DNA of 64,000 bases, taken from positions 65,224,001 through 65,288,000 of the forward strand of contig OZ024747.1 of assembly GCA_964016885.1 (NCBI GenBank), written 5' to 3'. Below the pieces are notes generated by a model. It did not search any database and had not been told where the DNA came from. It was given only the letters and a program-made list of their open reading frames with translations. Shown in pieces: positions 25,946-38,385 of this stretch. A program made the translations under genes and the position numbers. Numbering within the stretch: position 1 is the stretch's first letter; every line of letters begins with the position of its first letter. This DNA is from Eledone cirrhosa. Lineage: Eukaryota.

Positions 25946-27518
25946 ACTGTAAATTGATGATTTTAGGAAGGGAATCCAAATGCAGAAAACCAAGCCAAAA
26001 TTGGAACATATCAACAAGATGCGATTACTTGACCTTGTCTAACCAATGCAAGTATGGAAAATAAACATTAAACAGTGGTGATGATAATGATATTGTTGAT
26101 GTATGTTAGGACACAATATATATATATAATTAATCGTACATTCTATAAGATACATATAAATTTACTTTAAACAGATTTAGATTTTAGATTGTCTTTTAGT
26201 TTATCTGAAAATGATTAGTGAACTACTTGGTCTTATGAAGCTTGCTGATATGGACCCCTGTGGTCCACTTATACCCCTAGACCACTAGTGATAGACCTAG
26301 ATGACTTGTGATCCCTCTAGACCACCAGTGGTCCACCTAGACCACCAGTGGTCCACCTAGAACACAATGTACATTACTGATACAAGACACCTTATATGGA
26401 GATATAAGTTCAAAATGAGAACTGTTACTGCTTCTTTCCAGTCCTCTAACCGATAATGAGACCCAATGCTATGATTCATAGTTTAACTATCTCACCATAC
26501 ACACTTGAATCAATATAGTTGCTTGATATGTTAACAATAGCAACTAAATTTCCCTCAATCATACACACAACAAGCTTCCTAAATCTTTATCTTTTGTATT
26601 CATGTCTGACTGTAAGTGTTTTTTTTTAAAGGACGATGATGATGATGATGATGATAGTCATCATGATGACTATAATGTAGTTGCTTATGATGATGATGAG
26701 GATAATCATCATCATGGCAATGATGTAGTTGCTGATGATGATGATGATGATGATGGCAATAATTGAAATTGTTGCTCCTGTTTGGTGTCAACAATGATTT
26801 TTAGGACAATCCTAATACTAACACCTGCTACTTCAGTTGATATATATCATAACCCCCCCCCCCCCGCACGCTATTTATCCCCCACATCTACCAATACCAC
26901 CACCACCACCACCACCACCTTTCATATAGTGTTGTTAATGTTATACAGAATTGCTGGTTCCCACACCCACTCCCACTTCCCAACAACACTGACACCAACG
27001 CCATCTACATTGTTGTTAATGTCATACAGAAATTAGAATAGACTTCTACAAAATAATAATAATTAATTAGAAGAAGAAGAAGAAGAAGAAGAAGAAGGGG
27101 GGAGGAGGAGAAGAAGAAGAAGTATTTTCTTATTTTCTTCCTTTCTTTATCTTTAGTTGTCAAAGAGTTGACAACTTACACAACAGTGCAATGTATAAGG
27201 AATAAATGAAATGTTTCCTAAAATATATTCGCAATAATCTAAACTTTACACACAAAGAAAACATTAATTTATGACTGAAATTCAAAGAACTATCTGGAAG
27301 TATATTTTTATGTTCCATCATACAAAACAAAAAACATTCTAAGGCCATTTCCCCAGTAAAAATCAGAGGTTAGCTATGTGATGGAGGGATGCTGACGATG
27401 ACGTGAAACCTTGGAGAATGGACTAATTGTATTGTGTTGTTTATTACATAATTAAATAGCTCTGTACTATACATAGAGCACTCTTCTTTCGTATCCCTTC
27501 TCTATGGAAATACTTAAT

Positions 27519-27550
<32 letters not shown>

Positions 27551-27551
27551 T

Positions 27552-27695
27552 TTGAAAGGATAACAAGGACGATTGATTACTCGTCCTTGTTATCCTTTCA
27601 ATATATTACACTCTGTATAGCTCTACACCTCATCACAGAAGTGAACCTAAACATCGAGTGCCCTCCCTGGTGAACCTGCAGTAACTCCAAGTTAT
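27552..27695 (+). mobile_element. Mini fold-back element with ACTC..GAGT tail
   Basis: 21-bp perfect arms 27552-27572 / 27581-27601; TA flanks. Confidence 0.5.
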
Positions 27696-27840
27696 ATATT
27701 ATCTATAGTAACAAGGTTATAGAAAATGTATTCGCTATAATCTCAGTTGGTCCCATTACTCACTCAATGCGATATGGTTTGAACGTATAACCATGCAGGG
27801 CTGTCTCGGAGTACTAACTATGTATATTTGTAATGGGATG

Positions 27841-27871
<31 letters not shown>

Positions 27872-28194
27872 TCTATATCCTGAAAGCTTTTTAACAAAAG
27901 ACAAATGGAAATATAGAAAAAATAAAAATCATAATAAAACAAAACAATAGTCTTCATAGCTACAAATCATTTGTAGTTAAGTTTCGATATTTTTTTTTTT
28001 TTTTAAATTTGTCTACTGTAATATGTTTGGGAGATGTGCCAGCTGGCAAACTACACAACACAGCTAATATAGCTGTTGTGAGAGGACAAGGATAGATTTG
28101 ATATTGTGGAGATTCTAAAGTGAAGAGAGAAAAATGAGAGTGGTTGTATGTATATCTGTCTGAAAGTTGGAATGTGAATATATATATATGCGTG

Positions 28195-28330
28195 GATGTG
28201 TGTGAAGTCTCGGGGTTCAGTGATTAAGATGTTGGACTCACAATCATAATAAGACTATAGGTTTGATTCCTGGACTGGGCAGTGTTGTATTCTTGAACGT
28301 GATTTTCCATTTAAAGTTGAGCTTCATGAC
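28195..28330 (+). mobile_element. Degenerate tRNA-head CORE-type SINE
   Basis: GATGTTGGACTCACAATC...GGTTTGATTCCTGGACTGGGCAGTGTTGTATTCTTGAAC. Confidence 0.6.
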
Positions 28331-28447
28331 AACAGGACTGGGGCCATTACCATTAAAACATCCAAGAAAGATCCTAAAAGATGTAACTTTAAGTGGAGCT
28401 AGGTGTAAACAGTACTCATTCTCATGTCCGTCAACAATACACACATA

Positions 28448-28478
<31 letters not shown>

Positions 28479-28797
28479 ACATAAATATATATGAGCAGCA
28501 GTAGTATATAGGCATACCATACACCTATATAATATACTAGACCACCCGTGACTTGTCTGGTCACAGACACACACACATATCTTTCTCTCTATTTATGAAG
28601 GTACCCATGCTCCGATTTATGTGAAACTTGTTTTATTCTATTTGTATTCCCATTTCAAAGTTTTTTCCCATTATGCGCCACTTTGGCTGTATTAAATTAC
28701 AGACAAGCACACAATCACAGAGTTTTAGTACTATATAGATAGAAGTACATAGCACAACAAAACAACAACACAACAGCAAGTGATTTAATATCATTAT

Positions 28798-28982
28798 TGT
28801 GGATTGTATCAGTAGAGGGTCGGGCGCCATACTTTCCAGCATAGTTACGTCCCTTTACGATCCGAGTTCAAATCCTGCCGAAGTTGACTTTGCCTTTCAT
28901 CCTTACGGGGTCGATAAAATAAAGTACCAGTAATACACTGGGTAATTTGCTGGCCTTGTGCCAAAAGTAGAAACAATTATTT
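28798..28982 (+). mobile_element. Deu/Nin-domain SINE, near full length
   Basis: B-box GAGTTCAAATCC, GCCTTTCATCCTTACGGGGTCGATAAAATAAAGTACCAG, AGAAACAATTAT end. Confidence 0.85.
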
Positions 28983-31484
28983 CGGAGATTCTGGTCTCGC
29001 TGATGGCCACTACATCTATGTTTAGTGACCTGAGGTCGTTGAGCAGGTGGCCCTGCTTCCATGACGACCCCAAGCCACGTGCATTTATGCTGCCTATTCT
29101 GAGTGAGGTCATGTTGAAATGGAGTGCAAAAGATGGGAAAGACCACTTACCTTACTTCTCGTAGAGGAAGGATGGTTTCTCCATCCTTTTCACTGCTTGT
29201 GGCCTCCTCCGGAAGGATGTCCTTATAAATCCTGCTGGAGAGTGCTTGTCGGAAGTCACCGATGTCTTTGGGGAATTTTTGTTTTAGTGTATGTTTTCTG
29301 TGTGATGCGAGTGATTTGTATGTGTGGAGGTGGTGTGAACTTTTGGGGTATTGTGTAGTCTTTTTCTGTGATACTGATGTTGTGTTGTGTTGGATGTAGT
29401 GTAATAATTGGTTGTTGTTCAAATTTAATTGTGTCTACTTTAGGCACAAGGCCAGCAATTACCCAGTGCATTACTGGTACTTTATTTTATCGACCCCGTA
29501 AGGATGAAAGGCAAAGTCAACCTCGGCGGGATTTGAACTCAGATCATAAAGGGACGTAACTATGCTGGAAAGCATGGCGTCCAACCCTCTACCAATATTG
29601 CCAATCCAATGCTGTGTAGTGTGTATCGTTTTGGTTGTTTTGTTTTGTTTGCGTTTGTTGTGGGTTTGTTTCTGTTTCGCATTTTGGTGTCTTTTGTGGT
29701 TTTGGGGATGGTGGTGTTGGGGTTAATGATGGTGATGGGGTTGGTGATGTTGGTGTGGATGGTGGCATAGCTGTCCTAACTTTTTTGTTTAATAGTTTAT
29801 TTGTTTCCCTCTGTATTTTGTTTTTGGAGGGGGAAGGAAGAGGATTTTTTTCTTTTTTGGCTTCTTTTTCTTTTTTTTTTTTTCTTGATACCGTTTCCCA
29901 CTCCTCGTCATCACAATCTGTCTCTAGTTGCGATAGGTCGGGGAGTGGAAAATCCTCCACAGCCGTTGGTTTTGGTTGTGGCGTGGTGGATGGTGTAGGC
30001 ACCGGTGCTAGTTCTGGCACATTGGGTGGTGGTGGTGTTGGTTTTGCTACTGTTGCCGTGGTTGTTGCTGTTACAGTTGCTTCTGTTGTTGCTGCTACAG
30101 TTATTGGGGCCATTTCTGCTGCTGGTGGTGTTGATGGTTAAGTCACTGGGGTGGGTAAGAGAGGTGGCCTCAACCTTTTAGCCTGAGGGCAGAAAGCCCT
30201 TAGGTGGGTTCCTTCACCACAAACGACACACCTAGGCCTTCTGCCCTCGACGATTACCGTGAGGTGGCTGCCGTCAGTGAGGTCTATTACCTCTGGGATC
30301 TCCTCAATGCTTTTTTGGTCCACTTGAATCGGGAGCTCCATCCCAGATCCAGACCAGTTCTCCTGCTGTTCTTTTGCTATTTCGATTATCTTGGTGTTGG
30401 CCTCAATGCCGCCGAGGACGGCAGCCATTAGCCAGGAAATTTCGATGGCCGGTGGAACGTGGGTCACCCTGATCTTCCCGAGTCTCTGGCAACAATAGCT
30501 TTGGACGAGTGTGAAGTTGTCACTCCTTAATGGGGCCATGGAGTGTTCTCTGGCCTCCTGTGGTGTTCCAAAGAACACATCCACGGTTTCATATTTCTGC
30601 CCACGTCTGATGTGGGTTTTTTTCGCCCACACATGTCCCAAAGCTTTTTGGATTTGGGACTCGGATGCCCGTTCCACTTGGCACGATTTTATGTTAATCG
30701 TCCGATAAGACACGGTGCATAGGCGCCGATACCCCATTTTATTAGGTGGGCGGGGGGGGGGGGGGGCTGACCCTGTACCCATCTTTCTTTACCATTCTCT
30801 TGGCTTCATCTAATTCCTCCTGAGTTACCTGGATTGCTTCGCACTTTTTTGCTGCTTTGGGAAAACACACGGTGGTTTTTTAGTTAATCTCATTGTTGTT
30901 GTTGCTGTTGTTGTTATCGTTATTTTTGTTATTGTTATTTTTAGTTTCAGTTGTGGTGGTGGTGGCGTCAGTGGTGTTCGGTGTGGAAGAGTCCATTCTG
31001 GGTGAATCCATTTCGATGTCACAAGATAATTTATTTTTTTCTTTTGTTTCTGTTGTCGCTGTGGTGGTGGTGGGGGTGGCAGCTTCAACACCTGCAGTCA
31101 TTGGTAATGGCGGGAAATGAATGTCTGCATGTGACAAATTTAAATTATTGCTACTGCTTATATTTTTAGTGTTGGCAAACGTAGTAATATTTAAAATGGT
31201 GGTGTTGGTGTGAGGTGTTAGTTTGTGAGGAAGGCTCTCAGCTGCTTGGTGTAACTGTGAGTCGTCCATGATTTTTTCAAAGAAATTTTTTGTTTGATAA
31301 TTATAAAAGTTTAAATTTTGGGCTCAAGGCCCCAATCTTTTTGAGTGTCCTTTTCAGAAATCAATGTATGTGCACTTATAAACAGTTAACAATAAAAATT
31401 TTCCATAAATGGAATTTTAAACAACTGAAAACAACAAACCTTTGCGGAGCTCACGATAATACGATTTCCTACGTAGGTCGCCAG
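28983..31484 (-). mobile_element. Tx1/L1-clade LINE 5' half: 5' UTR, frameshifted gag-like ORF1 with CCHC knuckle, start of APE endonuclease
   Basis: CVVCGEGTHLRAFC (CX2CX4HX4C) in 30138-30782; MTSLRIGSINARGL...IDVVAISETR in 28983-29112; 5' end abuts (AAT)n at 31485. Confidence 0.8.
29427..29610 (-). mobile_element. Deu/Nin-domain SINE inserted in the Tx1-like element
   Basis: Reverse complement of 28798-28982. Confidence 0.85.
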
Positions 31485-31899
31485 TAATAATAATAATAAT
31501 AATAATAACAATAATAGTTCAAATATGGCAACTAAATTGTTTCAATATATGTTTTTAAACTGCATCTATTTTAAAATTAATATAAATAGAATGAGAAGAA
31601 AATTCTTCCATTTAGACAGAACTAAATGTAAATGATACAGAGGCAGCTGCTGTTATTTGTAAATAAAGCAATATATATGACTTCAGTGAGAGCTTGATGT
31701 AGTTGAGATCATTACTTGTAATAGATATAAAACATTTCTACAGTGTAGAAGACTTGTCCTCCCACATGCAGGAGCTGAAGTATACATCTTGTATGCATCA
31801 CCTTCCCTCCTATCACCCATCACATACACCTCTCTTGGTGAAATCACCTCCTCAATTCCCTAATCCACACCATAATATAGTCATCCTGGAGCCCCGACA

Positions 31900-32612
31900 A
31901 TAAGCGCCAAGTCCATAATGTAAAGTGGTTGTGCTGGTGACATGACAAAAAACACCCAGCCTACACTGTAAAGTGGTCGTGTAGGTGTCATCACAAAAAG
32001 CACCCAGCCTACACTGTAAAGTGGTCGTGTAGGTGTCATGACAAAAAGCACCCAGCCTACACTGTAAAGTGGTCATGCTGGTGACATGACAAAAAGCACC
32101 CAGCCTACACTGTAAAGTGGTCATGCTGGTGACATGACAAAAAGCACCCAGCCTACACTGTAAAGTGGTCATACTGGTGACATGACAAAAAGCACCCAGC
32201 CTACACTCTAAAGTGGTCGTGTAGGCGTCATGACAAAAAGCACCCAGCCTACACTGTAAAGTGGTCATGCTGGTGACATGACAAAAAGCACCCAGCCTAC
32301 ACTGTAAAGTGGTCATGCTGGTAACATGACAAAAAGCACCCAGCCTACACTGTAAAGTGGTCGTGCTGATGACATGACAAAAAGCACCCAGCCTACACTG
32401 TAAAGTGGTCATGTAGGTGTCATGACAAAAAGCACCCAGCACACACTGTAAATGTGGTCGGCATTAAGAAAGGGCATCCAGCCATAGAAACCAAGCCAAA
32501 ATCAGTTCTGTGGGAGAAAAAAACGTTCCTCCGACTTGGTTGCCTCACAATGGGACAGCACGTTCTACCCATGCTAGCATGGACAATAGATATTGAACAA
32601 TGATGATGATGA
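31900..32612 (+). repeat. 48-bp minisatellite (~11 units) followed by SINE/RTE tail
   Basis: Unit ACAAAAAGCACCCAGCCTACACTGTAAAGTGGTCATGCTGGTGACATG; then AAGGGCATCCAGCCATAGAAA and (GAT)n. Confidence 0.9.
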
Positions 32613-32849
32613 TGAAAATTACTTACAAACTGATACAAATATATCAAGTGCTGGAGTTAATCTTTCTACATCTAATCTTTCTTATAACCTCTCAATTAGA
32701 GATCAAAATCTGTGATGCTAGTTCAATCCCTACTGGTTACAGTTCACGAAATTATATATTCTTAGCAATTATGGCAAAAAGGCATACTTAATATCTTAGA
32801 AATATGCCTAACAACAGTGACAACTAAAACACTTAATATTTTAGTGATA

Positions 32850-33325
32850 TATCTAGTAACTATGACAACCTACCAAATAGCTTAGTAATATTTCTAGTAA
32901 CTATGACAACATACTTAAAATCTTAGTAATATACCTAGTAACTATGACAACCTAATACTTAATATAATAGAAATAACTCTAGCAACTACAGAGACATACT
33001 TAAAATCTTAGTAATATATGACAGCTGAACATACCTAGTAACTATGACAACTGAACATACTTAATATTTTATACCTAGTCACTATGACAACATATTTAAT
33101 ATTCTAATAATAGATTAAATTGACCCCAGTAGACTACTGTTGCTTTATTTTATTGACCCCTGTACGAATGAAAGACAAAGCTAACCTCGGCAGGGTTTGA
33201 ACTCAGAACGTAAAGAGACGTAACTCTATGCTGCGAAGCATGGTGTCCAACACTACTGATACTGCCAATCTACTGCCCTAATATACGTAGTAACTATGAC
33301 AACATACTTAATATCGTAGTAACAT
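32850..33325. repeat. Degenerate CTAGTAACTATGACAAC tandem repeat interrupted by a Deu/Nin SINE (~33115-33280, minus)
   Basis: Repeated motif; CCTCGGCAGGGTTTGAACTCAG B-box reverse complement. Confidence 0.7.
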
Positions 33326-33387
33326 ACCTTGGTAGAAAAAACCCCCCCAAAATGCACAAGTGCATTCAGTCAGCCATCATATATATA

Positions 33388-34140
33388 TATGGAATAGAAT
33401 GAAACGAAATTTCATTTTTCACTCTTAGTACGGCACTTACTTAAATGTAAGTATGTATGTATGTATACGTACATACATATATGTATACAGACGTACAGTA
33501 GTATGTATATATATACATGCACACATATATATACATGCACACATATATATACATGCACACATATATATACATGCACACATATATATATATGCACGTATCG
33601 GTTTACCGAACATTTATTATAATGCTCGGTTTGTTTGTTTGTAAACAAACAAACAGCAAAGAGTGAGAAATGAAATTTCGTTTCATTCTATTCCATTTAT
33701 CGTTTTCGGTGTGCCCGGCCGACTGAAATCCCTCGATATGCAAATTAGGCTGCTCAGCTGTTAATATGCATAAGGAAAGTATATATTTTCAGACGTTCAA
33801 CCATCTGGCAGGAACGTATATGATGCTGACGATAGCTAATAAGCTTGAAACTAGTACATTGTTCCTGTGTCAGTGTTGAACAAAAAGGTGACGTGGTTGC
33901 CTAAACACTGTACGGTGTAATTCGGGCTGTTTGTTTGTTTACAAACACACCGAGCATTATAATAAATGTTCGGTAAACCGATACATGCATATATATATGT
34001 GTGCATGTATGTATATATATATATACATACTACTGTACATCTGTATACATATATGTATGTACGTATACATACATACATACTTACATTTAAGTAACTGCCG
34101 TACTAAGAGTGAGAAATGAAATTTCGTTTCATTCTATTCC

Positions 34141-34142
<2 letters not shown>
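33388..34142. mobile_element. Fold-back element in (TA)n with internal hammerhead; related fragment at ~58125-58320
   Basis: Inverted arms ~33388-33657 / ~33926-34142; extra terminal copy at 33660-33696. Confidence 0.75.
33821..33861 (+). ncRNA. Minimal type I hammerhead ribozyme motif
   Basis: TGATG-CTGACGA-T-AGCT-AATA-AGCT-T-GAAAC-TA-GTA-CATTG; palindromic ACTAGT stem III, GUA site. Confidence 0.75.
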
Positions 34143-34172
<30 letters not shown>

Positions 34173-34701
34173 GTTTTGATACATCAATTTTGTTGGTGTA
34201 CGAATACTTGCTTAGAAATCTATTTGAACACCAATATGGAGATTTGCTGAATTGGTTTGAATTAAGATACATATTTTTATATGGCTTTAAGATGTTCATT
34301 TTTGGCAGTATGTCAACCATGGTTAACTGAACTATAAAGATATTTTTCAAATATTTAGAACTGTATCAATAAATCTATTAATGTCTGTTCAATAACTGTG
34401 TTGGTTAGATGTCTGGAGTTTCATTCGACAATATACATATTTAAACATAACATATTTTTAAACATAACATATAGATATAATTATGTATATGGCCATGTTT
34501 AAAATAGAAAGATACTTTCTATGTCATTTTACAAAGTAATGGGGGAGAGAGAGAGAGTATGAGGGAGAGGGAGGGAGAGAGCATGAGGGAGAGGGAGAGA
34601 GAGAGAGATAAAATACAATTATTATCATGTTCTGTATATATCTTTTAGCATGTCATTTTTTATTTTCACATGATCAATATAAATCTTGGAATCTTCTAAT
34701 A

Positions 34702-35233
34702 TGTTATCGCCACTTTAGCAGGGTGGTAGAATCAGTGGTCGTTAGTTGCCAGTGTGGTAAGTGATAGTATCCTCGTTGGATTATCTTGTTGACATAGACG
34801 TGAGGGAAGGTCCCTCGATCTATTTACCATCTATTTACAATATTCCTTTCGTCAGGTCGCCAATTCCAGCAGCATGGATTAAAGATGTTATTGAGACACG
34901 AGTAACATAATAACGATTTCAACCGCAGTAATTAGAGATGAAATGTCTGTTTATTTATATGGTTGAAGTTACAGATAAAAAGAGGTTACAAAAGGGAATG
35001 TGCCATTGCGCCGTTAAGCCGGTGAGGCTAGGGGTGCAATATCTCACTGTTACATTATGCGTGTTGCTGGCTTGAAGTTTCCGGTACCAGAGAGAGATTC
35101 TTCAAATCTTCGCGGGGAATTTCTTCCTCAGGGCGCGTAGGGATACATCCTCTTCTACTGGCGCTGATTGGCTGAACTGAGCCAAATCACGCACAGAGAA
35201 TGTATGTGAGCCCGCGGAATGTAGGTCACTACA
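34702..35233 (-). mobile_element. Probable solo LTR
   Basis: Minus strand begins TGTAGTGAC and ends GATAACA (TG...CA); internal AATAAA; CpG-richer than the flanks; TSD imperfect (TAATA/TAACT). Confidence 0.45.
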
Positions 35234-35894
35234 TAACTTTAGAATTTTTCATTATAACTTTCTCATTAACCCATACCTGATTTTCACTATAAAATTCTGT
35301 CTCCATCCTAAGGTTCTTTAGGCTAGGTCGTGGTTTCATAGGTGTTAAGCAATTGTAATTGTGTGTGTCTGAAACTCTCTACCTGGACAGGATGTCAGTC
35401 TGTCATATGGTTAAATCTTAGTGGCTGCTGACACTCATGTTATCAGCTGAGTAATCTGGAACAGTGTGAAATGAAGAGTCTTGTTCAAGCACTCAATATA
35501 TAACCCAGTTAAAGGGTTAAATTTTTCACCATTACCATTGAGTCCAACATTCTAATTACTAGGTTGTGCACCTTCACACACCCTAGATGTACAGCAAGTC
35601 TTATAATCCACAGTAGGGAGTCAGGTCACAGGAAAACATCTAAAGACTTCAAGAGGTTTTTTTAAAGAGAGTTTGATATAACTTGATTGTAACCAGTCTA
35701 GCTTCAGATTAAGGCATGTAAGTACGGAAAATAGATATTAAATTGTGATGAGGATGAAGTACAGCCTAACATAGAAAAAGTAAACACGACTGCCTACAGT
35801 GTGTGTATATGTGTGTAAACATGCATGTGTATGTATGTGTGTGTAAATATGTGTGTAAATATGTATGTATCAGTTAGTCAAGATATAAATGGAT

Positions 35895-36630
35895 GATAAG
35901 AGGACTCAGAAGTTTTGTGCAAGACTGTGTTGGTATGAACATGTGATTTACGTTGATGGTGATCGCTGGGTGAAGAAATGCCAAGAAATTCCAGTGGAAG
36001 GAAGCCACAGTTGACGGAGGCCAAGGAAGACCTGGACAGAGGTGGTGAGAGCTGATCTTAAATTGCTGAAACTCACAGTGAAGATGATGAATGATCATGA
36101 CATGTGGAGAGATACTCTGCTGAAAAGGACATGTCCAACCCATGCAAGCATGGAAAAACAAGCGTAAAAACAATGATGATAATGATGATACATACAATTT
36201 ATATAAATGAGAAATCAATAAATATAATCATACCTGTTTTGTTTTAGATTCACTCCCGATTGGCATAGGAGAAAATGTATGTTGCAGAGAGTTGAAATGT
36301 ATATATGGTCTGTTGACTTCTACTGTTACACCAATAAAATTCACCTGAATATAGAAAATATATACACACAATATAAAAACAGTTGTGGAAATGTGATGCG
36401 TATGGATGATGATGATTGAGTGCAGAAGTGCCAGAAGATATCAGTAGAAGGAAGCTGCAGAAATGAAAGACTGAAGGAGACCTGGGTAGAGGTGGTAAAA
36501 GCTGATCTAAAAACAATGAACCTCAGAGAAGATGACAAAAGAATGCAATGAGTAGAAGTAGGTTGTTCTGGAAAAGAGCCATCCAACCTATGCAACCAAG
36601 AAAAGATGAGAGCAAAATCATGATGATGAA
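35895..36630 (+). mobile_element. Two degenerate RTE 3' fragments
   Basis: GRPRKTWTEVVRADLK-like translation and CCATGCAAGCATGGAAAA...(GAT)n tails at ~36185 and ~36628. Confidence 0.75.
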
Positions 36631-36889
36631 ATATATATATATATAGTTTAATAGAAATGTTCATACACTAACATGTATGTATGAACTTAGAAAGAGCCAT
36701 TTCAAAACTGGACAAAATTAGACTCTAAAACTTAAGATCGTGCATACATGTTAAGTGTATGATTTTTTATAATACTAAATAAACTCTCTTGCAATAGATT
36801 GAGCATTGTTTTCCTTGACCTATTATCTACAAATATCTTGCACATAGACACACACACACACACACACATATATATAATTATAATAATAA

Positions 36890-36975
36890 TGTTTCTACTT
36901 TTGGCACAAGGCCAGCAATTACCCCAGTGCATTACTGGTACTTTATTTTATCGACCCTGTAAGGATGAAAGGCAA
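36890..36975 (-). mobile_element. Deu/Nin-domain SINE fragment
   Basis: Same motif as 1192-1275. Confidence 0.8.
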
Positions 36976-37167
36976 AAAAGAACAATTTGTTATGTCTTCA
37001 TTACATTTATTGAGTAGTGACGCGTATTTCGCTATTGATTGGCTCAAGGTTTGATCTGTATCGATCGGGCCTGACTCTGGAATCAAAAGGTTGTCGTACT
37101 TCTCTTGTGGTAATGACAGAATCCCTGAATATACATACATATATATATGTATATATATATATATATA

Positions 37168-38215
37168 TAGTATAAAAACGAAAAATCAGTGATGCATCTG
37201 GACTCAGTTTATTGCGTGGTACAATTGTTTCGCTGGTAGGTAGCTCGAGACACGGTCCCTGTATGGATCTGGCTGATTCTACGGCTGCAGGTTCCTTCGG
37301 ACACGGGTAGTTTGTTCAGAGCAAATTTTCTCACTGGGGTGTTATCGTCAAAAAAACACCTTCAAAAAACATCTTCCACTCCTGTCATGCTATTGGCTGT
37401 TGTTATTCTACGTCATCTTAAGTTCTGGTCACTATTTACTGCTACACTGGTCATCAGCCATTTTCCGCCCGACACACTTCAATGGAGTCATGCTGGGTTC
37501 AGTATCTCACATGTCTGTTCACACTCCAGAGTATGTACCCACACATACACACTCACACATATACACACACACGGGCAGGCACAGACACATGCACGCATAC
37601 ATGTGTAGACGCACATACCCCCATGCACATATATACACGCACATACTCTCCCTCTCTTCCACAAACCCAGGCATGAGGAAGAACTCAGGAAGAGAGGGAG
37701 AGTGTGTGCGTGTATATATGTGCATGGGCGTATGTGTATATGTGTGAGTGTGTATGTGTGGGTACATACTCTGGAGTGTGAACAGACGTGTGTGAGATAC
37801 TGAACCCAGCATGACTCCATTGAAGTGTGTCGGACAGAAAATGGCTGATGACCAGTGTAGCAGTAAATAATGACCAGAACTTAAGATGACGTAGAATAAC
37901 AACAGCCAATAGCATGACAGGAGTGGAAGATGTTTTTTTAAGGTGTTATTTTGACGATAACACCCCAGTGAGAAAATTTGCTCCGAACGAACTACCCGTG
38001 TCCGAAGGAACCTGCAGCCGTAGAATCAGCCAGATCCATACAGGGACCATGTCTCGAGCTACCTACCAGCGAAACAATTGTAACACGCAATAAACTGAGT
38101 ACAGATGCATCACTAATTTTTCGTTTTTATACTATCCACACTCTACTCTGTATGAATATTGAGTGCTAATTTTGGCATACTGCCTATGGAAGCACTATAG
38201 CTACCATTATACACA
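37168..38215. mobile_element. ~970-bp fold-back element with hammerhead-like core and ACTC..GAGT tail
   Basis: Arms ~37168-37660 / ~37688-38135; CTGATGA 37845-37851 ... GAAACAATTGTA 38071-38082; AATAAA; tail 38136-38215; (TA)n flanks. Confidence 0.75.
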
Positions 38216-38217
38216 AG

Positions 38218-38256
<39 letters not shown>

Positions 38257-38349
38257 ATGTATGTAAAAGGTAAACAGAAATAACAACACAATCGGTACAG
38301 TATATGGAAGGGATATATTAGGTTAACGCTTAATATAGCAGGAAAAGGG

Positions 38350-38385
38350 TCTTAACGTTTCGGACGCTAGTCCTTCATCAGAAGA
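38350..38385 (-). ncRNA. Minimal type I hammerhead motif
   Basis: Minus strand TCTT-CTGATGA-A-GGAC-TAGC-GTCC-GAAACGTT-AAGA; palindromic ACGT. Confidence 0.7.

Noticed and set aside
23125-25947. 940-aa ORF as a Cys/Thr-rich repeat protein, or the array as CRISPR
   Set aside because: Pure 48-bp tandem repeat derived from a SINE/RTE UTR; no unique spacers, no cas genes, eukaryotic context; an overlapping frame is also mostly open
27391-27415. CTGACGA-TGACGT-GAAAC hammerhead-like string
   Set aside because: Stem II too short, no UH site and no stem I partner
28850-28885. tRNA gene suggested by B-box GAGTTCAAATCC
   Set aside because: Part of a multi-copy SINE head; no complete cloverleaf
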